From Amoeboradix gromovi X-113 (lineage: Eukaryota > Fungi > Sanchytriomycota), in NCBI GenBank assembly GCA_018985225.1, contig JADGIF010000444.1, forward strand, positions 1 to 8,505: 8,505 bases of DNA, given 5' to 3'. Under the pieces are notes generated by a model. That model ran no database searches, had not been told where the DNA came from, and saw only the letters and a list, made by a program, of their open reading frames with translations. Within the stretch, counting starts at the first letter, position 1. Each line of letters opens with the position of its first letter. Positions 7,704 to 8,505 of this stretch are shown here, piece by piece. The position numbers and the translations under genes were made by a program.

Positions 7704-8246
7704 ATGCAGAATTCCCCATTTTTTCCATTTGGGATGAGTGTTTCCAATCCAATACCAGGGCTAAAGATCAGTTACCAGAAAAACTCAAACCCAATAAAGA
7801 CAGCTGTAGTGATGAGAGAGAGTTTTATAGCTCCAAACATTGCAAGGTGGGAATCAAATTCAAAATCGTCTGTTAATCTACTATTAGATGAAATTAACAC
7901 AAGAACAGCAGATGCCTTGACAGATAGAAATGAAGTGCTGATTCCATCGGCTGTAATAGAAAAGAAGATGCTTGTTGAGAGTGAGATAAGATTATTGCCA
8001 CTTGTTTATGGAAAACTTGAAAACTTGATTCCCGTGAAGTTGTTGAAGTTGATAGTAGTGTTGTATTTCGTGTCTCCGTTCTTCTTGGTATTGGCGATAT
8101 ATTACTTTGTAAATTATCCTATGGAGAGTTATTACAAAGATATTTCTGATATTATGAATAAACTGAATTTCTTTTATTCGGGTGGATGGACTATTTTTTT
8201 GAAATCAATGTCTTTGTTATTTGTGGACATAGAAGACAATCTATAA
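7704..8246 (+). CDS. Hypothetical membrane protein (180 aa)
   Basis: Intact ORF with AAATG start context and one strong hydrophobic segment (LLKLIVVLYFVSPFFLVLAIYYFV). No recognisable family. Confidence 0.8.
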   Translation: MQNSPFFPFGMSVSNPIPGLKISYQKNSNPIKTAVVMRESFIAPNIARWESNSKSSVNLLLDEINTRTADALTDRNEVLIPSAVIEKKMLVESEIRLLPLVYGKLENLIPVKLLKLIVVLYFVSPFFLVLAIYYFVNYPMESYYKDISDIMNKLNFFYSGGWTIFLKSMSLLFVDIEDNL

Positions 8247-8300
8247 AATCTCACTCATAAATGAATTAAGCATTTGAAACGTGTTTGGCTGAAAATTATA

Positions 8301-8460
8301 CATTTGGGACATCAAATATAAAAACTGGACCAACTTTCTGTAACAACTTGGAACATTATTTAAGAGGCGAGTGGACATTCAGCTAGTTGCGGAGTTGACG
8401 AGTATAAAAGGAAAATAAATATTCTGTACAGCTATTCTCTTACTCTTTCATCCAATCTTT
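8301..8460 (+). mobile_element. Left end of a second copy of the TIR element family, probably continuing past the window end
   Basis: 8299-8360 aligns ungapped to 4289-4350 at 49/62, including TA|CA and the TIR core. It also shares AGTATAAAAG (8401-8410 vs 4407-4416) and TCTTTCATCCAATCTT (8444-8459) vs TCTTCCATCAAAATCTT (4421-4437). Confidence 0.75.
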
Positions 8461-8475
8461 ATTTCAAATAAACCT

Positions 8476-8505
8476 CTGATTCATAGTACTGATTCATAGT
8501 ACTGA
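8476..8505. repeat. 13-bp perfect tandem repeat (CTGATTCATAGTA x2.3), truncated by the window end
   Basis: Units at 8476-8488 and 8489-8501, plus a partial unit at 8502-8505. Confidence 0.9.

Noticed and set aside
4296-8330. Three 25-nt repeats as a CRISPR-like array
   Set aside because: The copies are dispersed and in mixed orientation with no regular spacers. They fit transposon termini.

Overview
An AT-rich, gene-dense eukaryotic window using the standard genetic code. Genes appear intronless and AATAAA poly(A) signals sit on or next to stop codons. A CBM19-like peptide and a Fanzor1-type relic would fit a compact fungal or fungus-related genome, but that is inference only. Host genes: a coiled-coil protein, a small secreted Cys-rich peptide, a 528-aa ankyrin-repeat protein, a Cys-rich membrane protein with its decayed tandem paralogue, and a membrane protein. 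The most interesting part is not called by the ORF track. A decayed Fanzor/TnpB-family RNA-guided nuclease gene lies on the minus strand (about 3682-4258, RuvC-III-like motif DRDHMAARN). It abuts a roughly 450-bp element (4291-4742) bounded by terminal inverted repeats, which carries a TATA box, a Lys-rich ORF stub and a GC-richer, possibly structured right end. A second left end of the same element family begins at 8301 and runs into a 13-bp tandem repeat at the window edge. All homology calls are by eye; no searches were run.
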